Assembly (NCBI GenBank): GCA_050999295.1
Contig: JBPCPI010000089.1
Location: 4,533 to 68,532, forward strand
Length of the DNA stretch: 64,000 nt
Origin: Geodermatophilaceae bacterium
Lineage (GTDB): Bacteria; Actinomycetota; Actinomycetes; Mycobacteriales; Geodermatophilaceae
Direction: 5' to 3'
A program made the translations under genes and the position numbers. The stretch's first letter is position 1, and each line of letters starts with the position of its first letter. Shown piece after piece: positions 1 through 9,664 of this stretch. The notes below the pieces were generated by a model. The model worked only from the letters and a program-made list of their open reading frames with translations. It had not been told where the DNA came from and did no database searches.

Positions 1-1770
<1,770 letters not shown>

Positions 1771-1874
1771 GCGATCATCTGGCTCAAGCGCGATCAAGCA
1801 CCCGGTTCTTGCTCGTGGCCGTCTAGCCTGAAGGGCCCCAACCGATGCCGCTCGAACCTCGGAGGAGGCCAAGC

Positions 1875-3305
1875 GTGACCGCCACGTCACATCTGCGGGC
1901 GACGCCGGTCCCGCGCCGGCTGATCCTGGTCGCAGCAGTGCTGTCCCTGCTCAGCGCATGCACGAGTGTGGTCACCGGAGCCCCGAATCCGGCCAACGGG
2001 ATCCGTCAGGATGTGGCCGACTCCGAGCTCGAGATCTTCGGGGCCGGCGACGGGGAGGTCGATCGACTGGTGCGCAACGCCTTGGCCGATCTCAACACCT
2101 TCTGGGAGGAGCAGTTCCCGGACGTCTTCGGCAACGAGTTCCCGGCACTGGAGGGGGGCTACTACTCCGTCGACCCGGACAATTTCAATCCCGACGACTA
2201 TCCGGACGACATCGACAGCGACGTCTGCCTCGAGGACCTGGTCGACAGCGTCACCGGCAACGCGTACTACTGCCTGGCCGGGAACGACGGCGACCTCATC
2301 GCCTACGACCGGACCCTGCTCGAGCAGCTCATGAACGACTACGGGCCATTTCTTCCGGCGATGGTGATCGCGCACGAGTTCGGGCACGCCATCCAGGGCC
2401 GCGAGGGGGTCGACTCCAACAAGACGATCGTGGCCGAAACCCAGGCCGACTGCTTCGCCGGGGCCTGGACCGGTTGGGTGGCCACCGATGCCGCCGAGCA
2501 CTTCAACATCCGCGCACCGGAGCTGGACGACCTGGTCCGCGGACTGGTGGAGTTCCGCGACCCGGTGGGCGAGGATCCCGACGGCGACAGCTCACACGGC
2601 TCCTACTTCGACCGCACCTCGGCCTTCCAGGAGGGTTTCGACGACGGACCCAATGCCTGCCGCGACAACTTCGACGACGACCGGATCTTCACCCAGATCG
2701 AATTCGGCGAGAACGACACGACAGGTGACGCGCCCTATGACGAGACCCTCGAGATTGCCGACAGTTCGCTGGGCGCCTTCTGGACCGATGTCCTGGACTC
2801 CGCGGGGGTGGACTTCAGCATTCCGGACCTGGCCGGCTTCGACGGTGATGCCCCCGACTGCGACGGTCAGCAGCAAGAACGCGACATCAACTACTGTCCC
2901 CCGGACAACACCGTCAGCTATGACGAGTCCGAGCTCACCGAAGCACTGCACGACGACATCGGGGACTACGCGGTCATCATGGCCATCGCCATCCCGTACA
3001 ACATGGCGGTACTACAGGCCCTCGACCGGCCGATCGACGACGGCCCAGCCGTGTCATCCTCGGTCTGCCTGGCCGGTTGGTACTCCTCGACCTTCGCCGA
3101 CGGCGACATCCCCTTCGAAGGGGACAACGCGTCCAGCATCTCGCCCGGGGACATCGACGAAGCGGTGATCTTCCTGGTCGAACAGGCCACTCGACGCGAG
3201 GTGCTGCCCGAGGCCGAGCTGTCCGGCTTTCAGCTCGTGGACTTCTTCCGGCGCGGGTTCGTCGTGGGTCCCGACGCCTGCGGTGTCGAGGGCCTGGACG
3301 GGTGA
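1875..3305 (+). CDS. secreted neutral zinc metallopeptidase-family lipoprotein (YpfJ/PF04228-like)
   Basis: GGAGGAGG lies 6 nt before GTG 1875. Signal peptide with lipobox LLSAC. The YYC..IAYD block is followed by the HEFGH zinc motif. Confidence 0.8.
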   Translation: MTATSHLRATPVPRRLILVAAVLSLLSACTSVVTGAPNPANGIRQDVADSELEIFGAGDGEVDRLVRNALADLNTFWEEQFPDVFGNEFPALEGGYYSVDPDNFNPDDYPDDIDSDVCLEDLVDSVTGNAYYCLAGNDGDLIAYDRTLLEQLMNDYGPFLPAMVIAHEFGHAIQGREGVDSNKTIVAETQADCFAGAWTGWVATDAAEHFNIRAPELDDLVRGLVEFRDPVGEDPDGDSSHGSYFDRTSAFQEGFDDGPNACRDNFDDDRIFTQIEFGENDTTGDAPYDETLEIADSSLGAFWTDVLDSAGVDFSIPDLAGFDGDAPDCDGQQQERDINYCPPDNTVSYDESELTEALHDDIGDYAVIMAIAIPYNMAVLQALDRPIDDGPAVSSSVCLAGWYSSTFADGDIPFEGDNASSISPGDIDEAVIFLVEQATRREVLPEAELSGFQLVDFFRRGFVVGPDACGVEGLDG

Positions 3306-3310
3306 GGACG

Positions 3311-4708
3311 ATGTCGTCGAGAACACGCCGCAGTATCGTGCTCCTGGCAACGGTGGCTGTGACCGGCAGCGGCTGCGCCAGCACGGTCGTCGGCGCGCCG
3401 TCACCCGCCAACGGGCTCCGCGAGGACGTGCCTGACTCGGACTTCGAGATCGTCGGCGCGACCGACGGTGAGATCGACACGACGGCTCGCAATGCCTTGG
3501 CAGACATCAACGACTTCTGGTCCCAGACCCTTCCCGAGCTGTTCGACACCGAGTTCGAGCCCTTGACCGGCGGCTACTTCTCGATCGACCCCGACAACTA
3601 TGACCCCGACGACTACCCCGACGACATCGGCTGCCTGGACGGGGATCCCGAGAACGTCGCGGGCAACGCGTTCTACTGCTTCCCCCAGCCCGGCGGCGCC
3701 GGGGACAACATCGTCTACGACCGGACCCTGCTGGAAACGCTTGCCCAAGATTATGGTCGGTTCCTGCCAGCCCTGGTCATGGCTCACGAGTTCGCCCACG
3801 CGCTCCAGGCCCGTGAGCCACCTCCCTCGGAACTGTCCATCGTCTACGAGACCCAGGCCGACTGCTACGCCGGCGCCTGGACCGGGTGGGTCGCCGAGGA
3901 CAATGCGAAGCACTTCAACATCCGCGCACCCGAACTCGACGACGTCATCCGCGGGTTCCTGCTGCTCCGCGACGAGCCCGGATCGGCGGCCGAGGACGAG
4001 AGCGCGCATGGGTCGTACTTTGATCGCGTGTCGGCCTTCCAGGAGGGCTTCGACAGCGGGGCGCAGGCCTGCCGGGACAATTACGACGACGATCGGCTGT
4101 TCACCCTTGCCGAGTTCACCCCGGACGACGGGACCGCCGGAAATGTCTCCTACAGCGAGGCGGTCGAGATCAGTGACCGCACGCTCGAGATCTTCTGGGA
4201 ATCGGCCTTCGACGAGGTCGGTCAGCAGTCCTTCATCACCCCGGAGTTGGTCGCCTTCGACGGCGATGCCCCGGATTGCGGTGGCGACGCGGTAGCGCGG
4301 GACATCAGCTTCTGTCCGGACGACAACACCGTCGCCTTCGACGAGTCCGATCTCACCGAGGTTATTGCCGAGGAGATCGGCGACTTCGCCGTGACGATGG
4401 CGATCTCCCTGCCCTACGCCCTTGCCGCCCGGCACGCCGTCGAGCGTTCGGTACGTGGTCCCGAAGCGATCTCGGCCGCCGTCTGCGCGACCGGCTGGTT
4501 CGCGGCTCAGTTCTATCTCGGCAGGCTCGACGACCCGGCGGATGCCAGTATCAGTCCCGGGGACATCGACGAGGCGGTGATCTTCCTGATCGAGTACGGC
4601 TCGAGGCGAGAGATCCTGCCCGAGGTTGGGCTGTCGGGCTTCCAACTCGTCGACGTCTTCCGGCAGGGCTTCATCAACGGCGGGGCCGACTGCGGCATCT
4701 TCGACTGA
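3311..4708 (+). CDS. secreted neutral zinc metallopeptidase-family lipoprotein, tandem paralog
   Basis: ATG 3311 lies 6 nt after the previous stop. Lipobox GSGCAS and HEFAH motif. Colinear with the preceding gene along its whole length. Confidence 0.8.
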   Translation: MSSRTRRSIVLLATVAVTGSGCASTVVGAPSPANGLREDVPDSDFEIVGATDGEIDTTARNALADINDFWSQTLPELFDTEFEPLTGGYFSIDPDNYDPDDYPDDIGCLDGDPENVAGNAFYCFPQPGGAGDNIVYDRTLLETLAQDYGRFLPALVMAHEFAHALQAREPPPSELSIVYETQADCYAGAWTGWVAEDNAKHFNIRAPELDDVIRGFLLLRDEPGSAAEDESAHGSYFDRVSAFQEGFDSGAQACRDNYDDDRLFTLAEFTPDDGTAGNVSYSEAVEISDRTLEIFWESAFDEVGQQSFITPELVAFDGDAPDCGGDAVARDISFCPDDNTVAFDESDLTEVIAEEIGDFAVTMAISLPYALAARHAVERSVRGPEAISAAVCATGWFAAQFYLGRLDDPADASISPGDIDEAVIFLIEYGSRREILPEVGLSGFQLVDVFRQGFINGGADCGIFD

Positions 4709-4729
4709 CCAGCGACGGCGTCCCGGCGA

Positions 4730-5692
4730 CTAGAACAGCGCCGCAGTGAGCTTCTTTCGCGCGTCCACCACTCGGGGGTCCTCGTCACCGACCAGCGCGA
4801 AGAGCTCGAGCAGGCCCTCTCTGGCACCGTCCCGGTTCTCGCCCGAAGTGGCCCGAATGACAGCGAGCAGACGATCGAAGGCCCGCTCTACCTGACCTTG
4901 GGCCAGTTCGACGTCCGCAGCGCAACGTGCGGCGGCGGCATCCTTCGGGTCGGCATCAGCGCGGGCCACTGCGTCCGGACCGGCTGCCTCGGCTCGGCGC
5001 AGGAGCCGGACCTGGGACAGCGCGACGCCGGCGATCGGGTGGCCGGGTTCGGCGGCGAGGATCTCGGCGTAGGCGGCCTCGGCGGCGTCTAGGTCGCCAC
5101 GACCGACGGCGTCCTCGGCGGCGTCCAGCCGCGCATCCTCGAGGACTTGCGGGCTGCCCTCGGCACCGTCCTGGACGTCGGCCGTTCCGGCAGGTAGCTG
5201 TCCACCGGCTGCTGCCACGACAGCTGCCAGGAACTTGCGGACCTCGGCTTCGGGTAGTGCTCCGTTGAACTCTGCGGCCAGTGCGCCCTGCAGCACTGCC
5301 TTGACCGACGGGATGCTCTGGACCTGCAGTCCTTCGGCCAGCCGCGGATTGGAGTCGATATCGACCTTGGCGAGAATCCAGGCGCCCTTGCCCTCGGCGG
5401 CGAGCCTTTCCAGGACCGGAGACAGTTGCTTGCAGGGCTGACACCAGTCAGCCCACAGGTCCAGGATGACCGGCACCTGGAAGGACTGGTCGATGACCTC
5501 GGCCTGGAAGGTCGACTCGGTGACGTCTATGACGTAACTGCCGCCCTTGGGAGCGGCAGCGGCCCGCTCGGCTGCCTCGGCGCGAGCCCGGAGGGCAGCC
5601 AGATCGACGGCTCCGGCTAAAGAGCCAGCGACCTGGGCCTGCTGGGCGGCGGCGGCGGTACGGGGGGCAGCGGTTCCACGATTGGGTTGCAT
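4730..5692 (-). CDS. thioredoxin-domain plus TPR-like protein (YbbN/CnoX-like)
   Basis: Thioredoxin block VILDLWADWCQPCKQL with CxxC, followed by an Ala-rich helical C-terminus. ATG 5692 was chosen over the Arg/Ser-rich upstream extension. Confidence 0.8.
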   Translation of the reverse strand: MQPNRGTAAPRTAAAAQQAQVAGSLAGAVDLAALRARAEAAERAAAAPKGGSYVIDVTESTFQAEVIDQSFQVPVILDLWADWCQPCKQLSPVLERLAAEGKGAWILAKVDIDSNPRLAEGLQVQSIPSVKAVLQGALAAEFNGALPEAEVRKFLAAVVAAAGGQLPAGTADVQDGAEGSPQVLEDARLDAAEDAVGRGDLDAAEAAYAEILAAEPGHPIAGVALSQVRLLRRAEAAGPDAVARADADPKDAAAARCAADVELAQGQVERAFDRLLAVIRATSGENRDGAREGLLELFALVGDEDPRVVDARKKLTAALF

Positions 5693-5747
5693 GGCTCCAT
5701 TTTTGCATTGGCCTGCGGGGCCGGTGCGGCGGGCGGAGCTGGCGGAT

Positions 5748-7286
5748 CTACCAGATATTGACGCAGAGGCGCCCGTCCACATCTTCCCAGCTCAGGCGGT
5801 AACCGCAGGTGTACCCGTAGTCCTCGAAGGGGTCACGTGGAGGGCTCGCGAAGTACAGATCGTCGCAAGACCGCATGCTCCCGGCGTAGCACTCTTGCGC
5901 GAGAGAATCCAGGAACGGGTCGCCGTAGCTGGCCGGCGGCGGGCCTCCGGCCGGGGGTGGACCCCCTGGGGCGGGAGGCGCGGGCGGCGCTGGGGGCGGG
6001 TTCGTGGTCCGCGGTGTGGTCGTTTGCGGCGCGAGGGTCGGCGCGGCTGCCGTCTGCGGCGGGGTCGGCGGCGCCGCAGGGGTCCCCATGGAGGTGGGCG
6101 CCGGCGACGTGGTGGCCTTTGAGCTGCCAAGCGCATCCGCGGTGGCCGAAACGGGGTTGGCCTGTTGGCCGGGGGGGTCGGGCTCGCTCAGCAGCGCTAC
6201 CCCGATGAGGGCGGCTGCAGCGAGCAGCGCCACCATCGCGGCGACGAGCAGCGCAGCGCTGAGGCGGCGGCGGGATCGCGGCCGCACCGGAGCGGCATGG
6301 GACGAGCGGGTCAGGGCCACCGGAGCGTGAAGTTGGGCACTGGGTTGGAAGGAAGGCGGTTTGGCTGGCGGCGCTGGCAGCTGCCAGGACGCCAGCACGT
6401 CGGTCGGGTGGCCGGCCGCGTCCATTGCCAGCGAACGAGGCGCGGGCGCCGTCCGGAGTTCGGCGCGGGCAGCCGCGGCCAGGTCACCAGCCCGGCGATA
6501 GCGGTCCTCGGGGTTCTTGGCCATCCCTCGGACCACCACCGCATCCAGCCCCGCCGGCAGATCGGCGTTCAGCATTGATGGCCGAGGTGCAGGTGTGTGC
6601 AGGTGGTTGTTCATCAGGACCGGGCCCGCACCGAGAAACGGTCGCCTGCCGGCGAGGCATTCGTAGAGCAGGCAGGCCAGGGAGTACACATCGGTCCGGC
6701 GGTCGAACGGTGTGTCTAGGAACCGTTCCGGAGCCATGTAGTCGAAGCTGCCCATGGCCGCACCGGTCAGGGTGAGGGTGGGTCCGTCGTCCTCGGCGGC
6801 GCGGGCGATCCCGAAGTCGACGAGATAGACGAACACGTCGTCACTGTCGCTGTTGGGATGGGTGACCAGGACGTTGGAGGGCTTCACGTCGCGGTGGATG
6901 AGCCCGTCGTCGTGCGCGGCATCCAGAGCTTGCGCGACCTGACTGATGATGTCCACGGCGCGCTTCGCGGACAGCGCGGCAGGTGTCCTGAGCAACGCGC
7001 CCAGATCGCTTCCGTCGACCAGGCGCATGTCCAGGAACAGCCGACCATCGATCTCCCCGAACCGGTGGATCGGGATGACGTGGGCCTCGCGCAGTCGTGC
7101 GGCCAGCTCCGACTCCCGCCGGAACCGGGCCCGGTAATTCTCATCTGCGGCCAGATGGGGGGAGAGCACCTTGAGCGCCACTGCGCGCTTGTGGCTCTCG
7201 TCGTAGGCCCGGTAGACCTCCCCCATCCCACCCCGGCCGAGTAGTGCCTCGATCCGGTACGGGCCGAAGCGAACCTCGTCTGTCAC
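5748..7286 (-). CDS. Ser/Thr protein kinase, single-pass membrane, Pro-rich linker, Cys-containing C-terminal ectodomain
   Basis: Hanks motifs GRGGMGEVYRA, VALK, HRDVKPSN, DFGIA and APE. Transmembrane helix LLVAAMVALLAAAALIGVALL. GTG start. Confidence 0.92.
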   Translation of the reverse strand: MTDEVRFGPYRIEALLGRGGMGEVYRAYDESHKRAVALKVLSPHLAADENYRARFRRESELAARLREAHVIPIHRFGEIDGRLFLDMRLVDGSDLGALLRTPAALSAKRAVDIISQVAQALDAAHDDGLIHRDVKPSNVLVTHPNSDSDDVFVYLVDFGIARAAEDDGPTLTLTGAAMGSFDYMAPERFLDTPFDRRTDVYSLACLLYECLAGRRPFLGAGPVLMNNHLHTPAPRPSMLNADLPAGLDAVVVRGMAKNPEDRYRRAGDLAAAARAELRTAPAPRSLAMDAAGHPTDVLASWQLPAPPAKPPSFQPSAQLHAPVALTRSSHAAPVRPRSRRRLSAALLVAAMVALLAAAALIGVALLSEPDPPGQQANPVSATADALGSSKATTSPAPTSMGTPAAPPTPPQTAAAPTLAPQTTTPRTTNPPPAPPAPPAPGGPPPAGGPPPASYGDPFLDSLAQECYAGSMRSCDDLYFASPPRDPFEDYGYTCGYRLSWEDVDGRLCVNIW

Positions 7287-7352
7287 CTCAGACCAGCGCG
7301 CCTTTGCACCGGCCTACGTTTTCATACCGCCACCGGGACTGCGGCACGGGAT

Positions 7353-9038
7353 CTAGAACCGGGCGGGCTCGGTGTACCCGCCCCACTCGGCGCGCAACGC
7401 ATCGCAGATCTCACCGAGGGTGGCCTCGGCGCGTGCTGCGTCCAACATCGCGGGCACAAGATTGGCCTCGGTACGGCTGACCTCGATCATGTGGGCCAGC
7501 CCCGCCCGGACGGCGCCCTCGTCGCGGGCTCCCCGCCGGGCAGCGAGGACCCGGCATTGCTCGAGCTCGACATCGTGACTGACCCGCAGGATGTCTAGTT
7601 CGTCGTGTTCGCTGACCGAGGCGTTGTTCACGTTCACCCCGACGACCTCTCGGTCGCCCTTCTCCAGTTTGAGCTGGTAGTCGAAGGCCGCCTCGGCGAT
7701 CTCCCCCAGGAACCAGCCCTCCTCGATCCCGCGCAACAGCCCGCTGGTCATGGTTGCCTCGCTTCCCATGCCCTTGATCCGGGCGAAGATCTCCTCCGCC
7801 TGGCGCTCGAGTTCGTCGGTGAGTGCCTCGACGTACCAGGACCCACCCAGTGGATCCGCGACATTGCCGACACCGGTCTCGGCGGCCAGCACCTGCTGGG
7901 TGCGCAAAGCGATCTGGGCGGCCTTCTCACTCGGCAGCGCCAGGACCTCGTCCAGAGCGTTCGTGTGCAACGAGTTGGTGCCGCCCAGGATCGCGGCCAG
8001 CGCCTCGACGGCCGTACGGACGATGTTGTTGTCCGGTTGCTGCGCGGTCAGTGACACCCCGGCGGTCTGGGTGTGGAAGCGCAGCCACTGCGCACGCTCG
8101 GTCTTGGCGCCGTAGACGTCACGCATCCACCGGGCCCAGATCCGGCGCGCGGCACGGAACTTGGCGATCTCCTCGAAGAAGTCGATATGTGCATCGAAGA
8201 AGAACGACAGGCCCGGTGCGAACTCCTCGATGTCCATCCCTCGGGACAAGCCCAGCTCGACGTAGCCGAATCCGTCGGCCAAGGTGAAGGCAAGCTCCTG
8301 CGCCGCGGTGGAGCCGGCCTCGCGGATGTGATAGCCGGAGACCGAGATCGGCTTGTAAGCCGGGATCTCGGCGTTGCAGTACTCCATGAGGTCGCCGATC
8401 AGGCGCAGGTGTGGCTCGGGTGGGAACAGCCACTCCTTCTGGGCGATGTACTCCTTGAAGATGTCGGTCTGCAGCGTTCCGTCCAGGGCCGAGATATCGA
8501 TGCCCTGCCGTTCGGCGGCAACCAGGTACATGCAGAAGATCGGGACCGCCGGCCCACTGATCGTCATGGATGTGGTGGTCTGCGCGAGCGGGATGTCGGC
8601 GAAGAGGATCTCCATGTCGGCCGCCGAGTCGATCGCCACGCCGCAGTGTCCGACCTCGCCCAACGACTTCGAGTCGTCGGAGTCGTAGCCCATCAGAGTC
8701 GGCATGTCGAAGGCGACCGAGAGCCCACCACCACCCTCGGCCAGGATCATCTTGTACCGCTCGTTGGTCTGCTCGGCATTGCCGAAGCCGGCGAACTGGC
8801 GGATCGTCCAGGAACGCCCCCGATAACCGGTCGGATACAGCCCGCGGGTGAACGGGAACTCCCCCGGCCACCCGATCCGGTCGAACCCCTCCGGTTCTTG
8901 ACCGGCCTCCGGTCCGTAGACCGGGGCGAGCTCGGTTCCGGACAGGGTGCGGAAATCGGCATCGCGCACCCGACCGGACTTCAGCGCGCTGTCGTAGCGC
9001 TGTTGCCAGCGGGCTCGGCCGTCCAGGGCTGGGGTCAT
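7353..9038 (-). CDS. icmA: acyl-CoA mutase large subunit, isobutyryl-CoA mutase type (no fused B12-binding domain)
   Basis: About 561 aa mutase barrel. IRQFAGFG and IAQKEWLFPP carry Phe and Gln where methylmalonyl-CoA mutase has Tyr89 and Arg207. ATG 9038. Confidence 0.8.
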   Translation of the reverse strand: MTPALDGRARWQQRYDSALKSGRVRDADFRTLSGTELAPVYGPEAGQEPEGFDRIGWPGEFPFTRGLYPTGYRGRSWTIRQFAGFGNAEQTNERYKMILAEGGGGLSVAFDMPTLMGYDSDDSKSLGEVGHCGVAIDSAADMEILFADIPLAQTTTSMTISGPAVPIFCMYLVAAERQGIDISALDGTLQTDIFKEYIAQKEWLFPPEPHLRLIGDLMEYCNAEIPAYKPISVSGYHIREAGSTAAQELAFTLADGFGYVELGLSRGMDIEEFAPGLSFFFDAHIDFFEEIAKFRAARRIWARWMRDVYGAKTERAQWLRFHTQTAGVSLTAQQPDNNIVRTAVEALAAILGGTNSLHTNALDEVLALPSEKAAQIALRTQQVLAAETGVGNVADPLGGSWYVEALTDELERQAEEIFARIKGMGSEATMTSGLLRGIEEGWFLGEIAEAAFDYQLKLEKGDREVVGVNVNNASVSEHDELDILRVSHDVELEQCRVLAARRGARDEGAVRAGLAHMIEVSRTEANLVPAMLDAARAEATLGEICDALRAEWGGYTEPARF

Positions 9039-9044
9039 ACCCAA

Positions 9045-9086
9045 TAGTAGGTCGTCCTACTAGTTAAGCAAGTAGGTTGTCCTACT
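9045..9086. promoter_or_regulatory. two tandem palindromic operator-like sites (TAGTAGG-N4-CCTACTA) between marR and icmA
   Basis: 9045-9062 reads TAGTAGGTCGTCCTACTA and 9071-9086 reads AGTAGGTTGTCCTACT. Both lie directly upstream of the icmA start. Confidence 0.6.
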
Positions 9087-9116
9087 AATTACCTCCGCCG
9101 GTCGACGCTGCTTTGG

Positions 9117-9641
9117 TCAATTCAGTGCGCTCTCGGCTGTAGCCACGTCGCCGGCGGCATAGCGGACATCGCGAAGTGTCGCGTACAGCTCTTCCCACCG
9201 TTCGTCGCCGATGTTCTCCAGGCCGAAGTCGACCGCCATCAGATCCGCGGTGGCCCGCTCGACGATGTTCCGACCGGACTCGGTGATCGAGGCCAGCACG
9301 CCACGACCGTCGGCCGGGTTCGGCCGGCGCTGCACCAGCCCGGCCGCGACCAACCGGTCGATGGTGTTGGTCACGCTTGTCGGGTGCACCATCAGCCGGC
9401 TGCCGATGACCTTCAACGGCAATGTCCCGGTCCGGGAGAAACGCAGCAGGACGAGTGCCTCGTACCGCGCGAAGGTCAGTTCGTACGGTCGTAGCGCCTC
9501 GTCGAAGCGGCCGAGCAGGATCTGCTGGGCTCGGAAGACCGACGTCGCTGCCCGCATCGCAGTCGCGGGTCCCCACACCTGCTCCCAGTTCTCCCCGGCC
9601 CGCTCGATCGGGTCGAACGGGAGTCGGAGTTCGCGAGGCAT
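9117..9641 (-). CDS. MarR family transcriptional regulator
   Basis: Winged-helix MarR pattern (LTFARYEALVLL...LPLKVIGSRLMVHPTSVTNTIDRLVAAGLVQR). Confidence 0.9.
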   Translation of the reverse strand: MPRELRLPFDPIERAGENWEQVWGPATAMRAATSVFRAQQILLGRFDEALRPYELTFARYEALVLLRFSRTGTLPLKVIGSRLMVHPTSVTNTIDRLVAAGLVQRRPNPADGRGVLASITESGRNIVERATADLMAVDFGLENIGDERWEELYATLRDVRYAAGDVATAESALN

Positions 9642-9664
9642 GGTGGGCAGAGATTACGCGCCCG

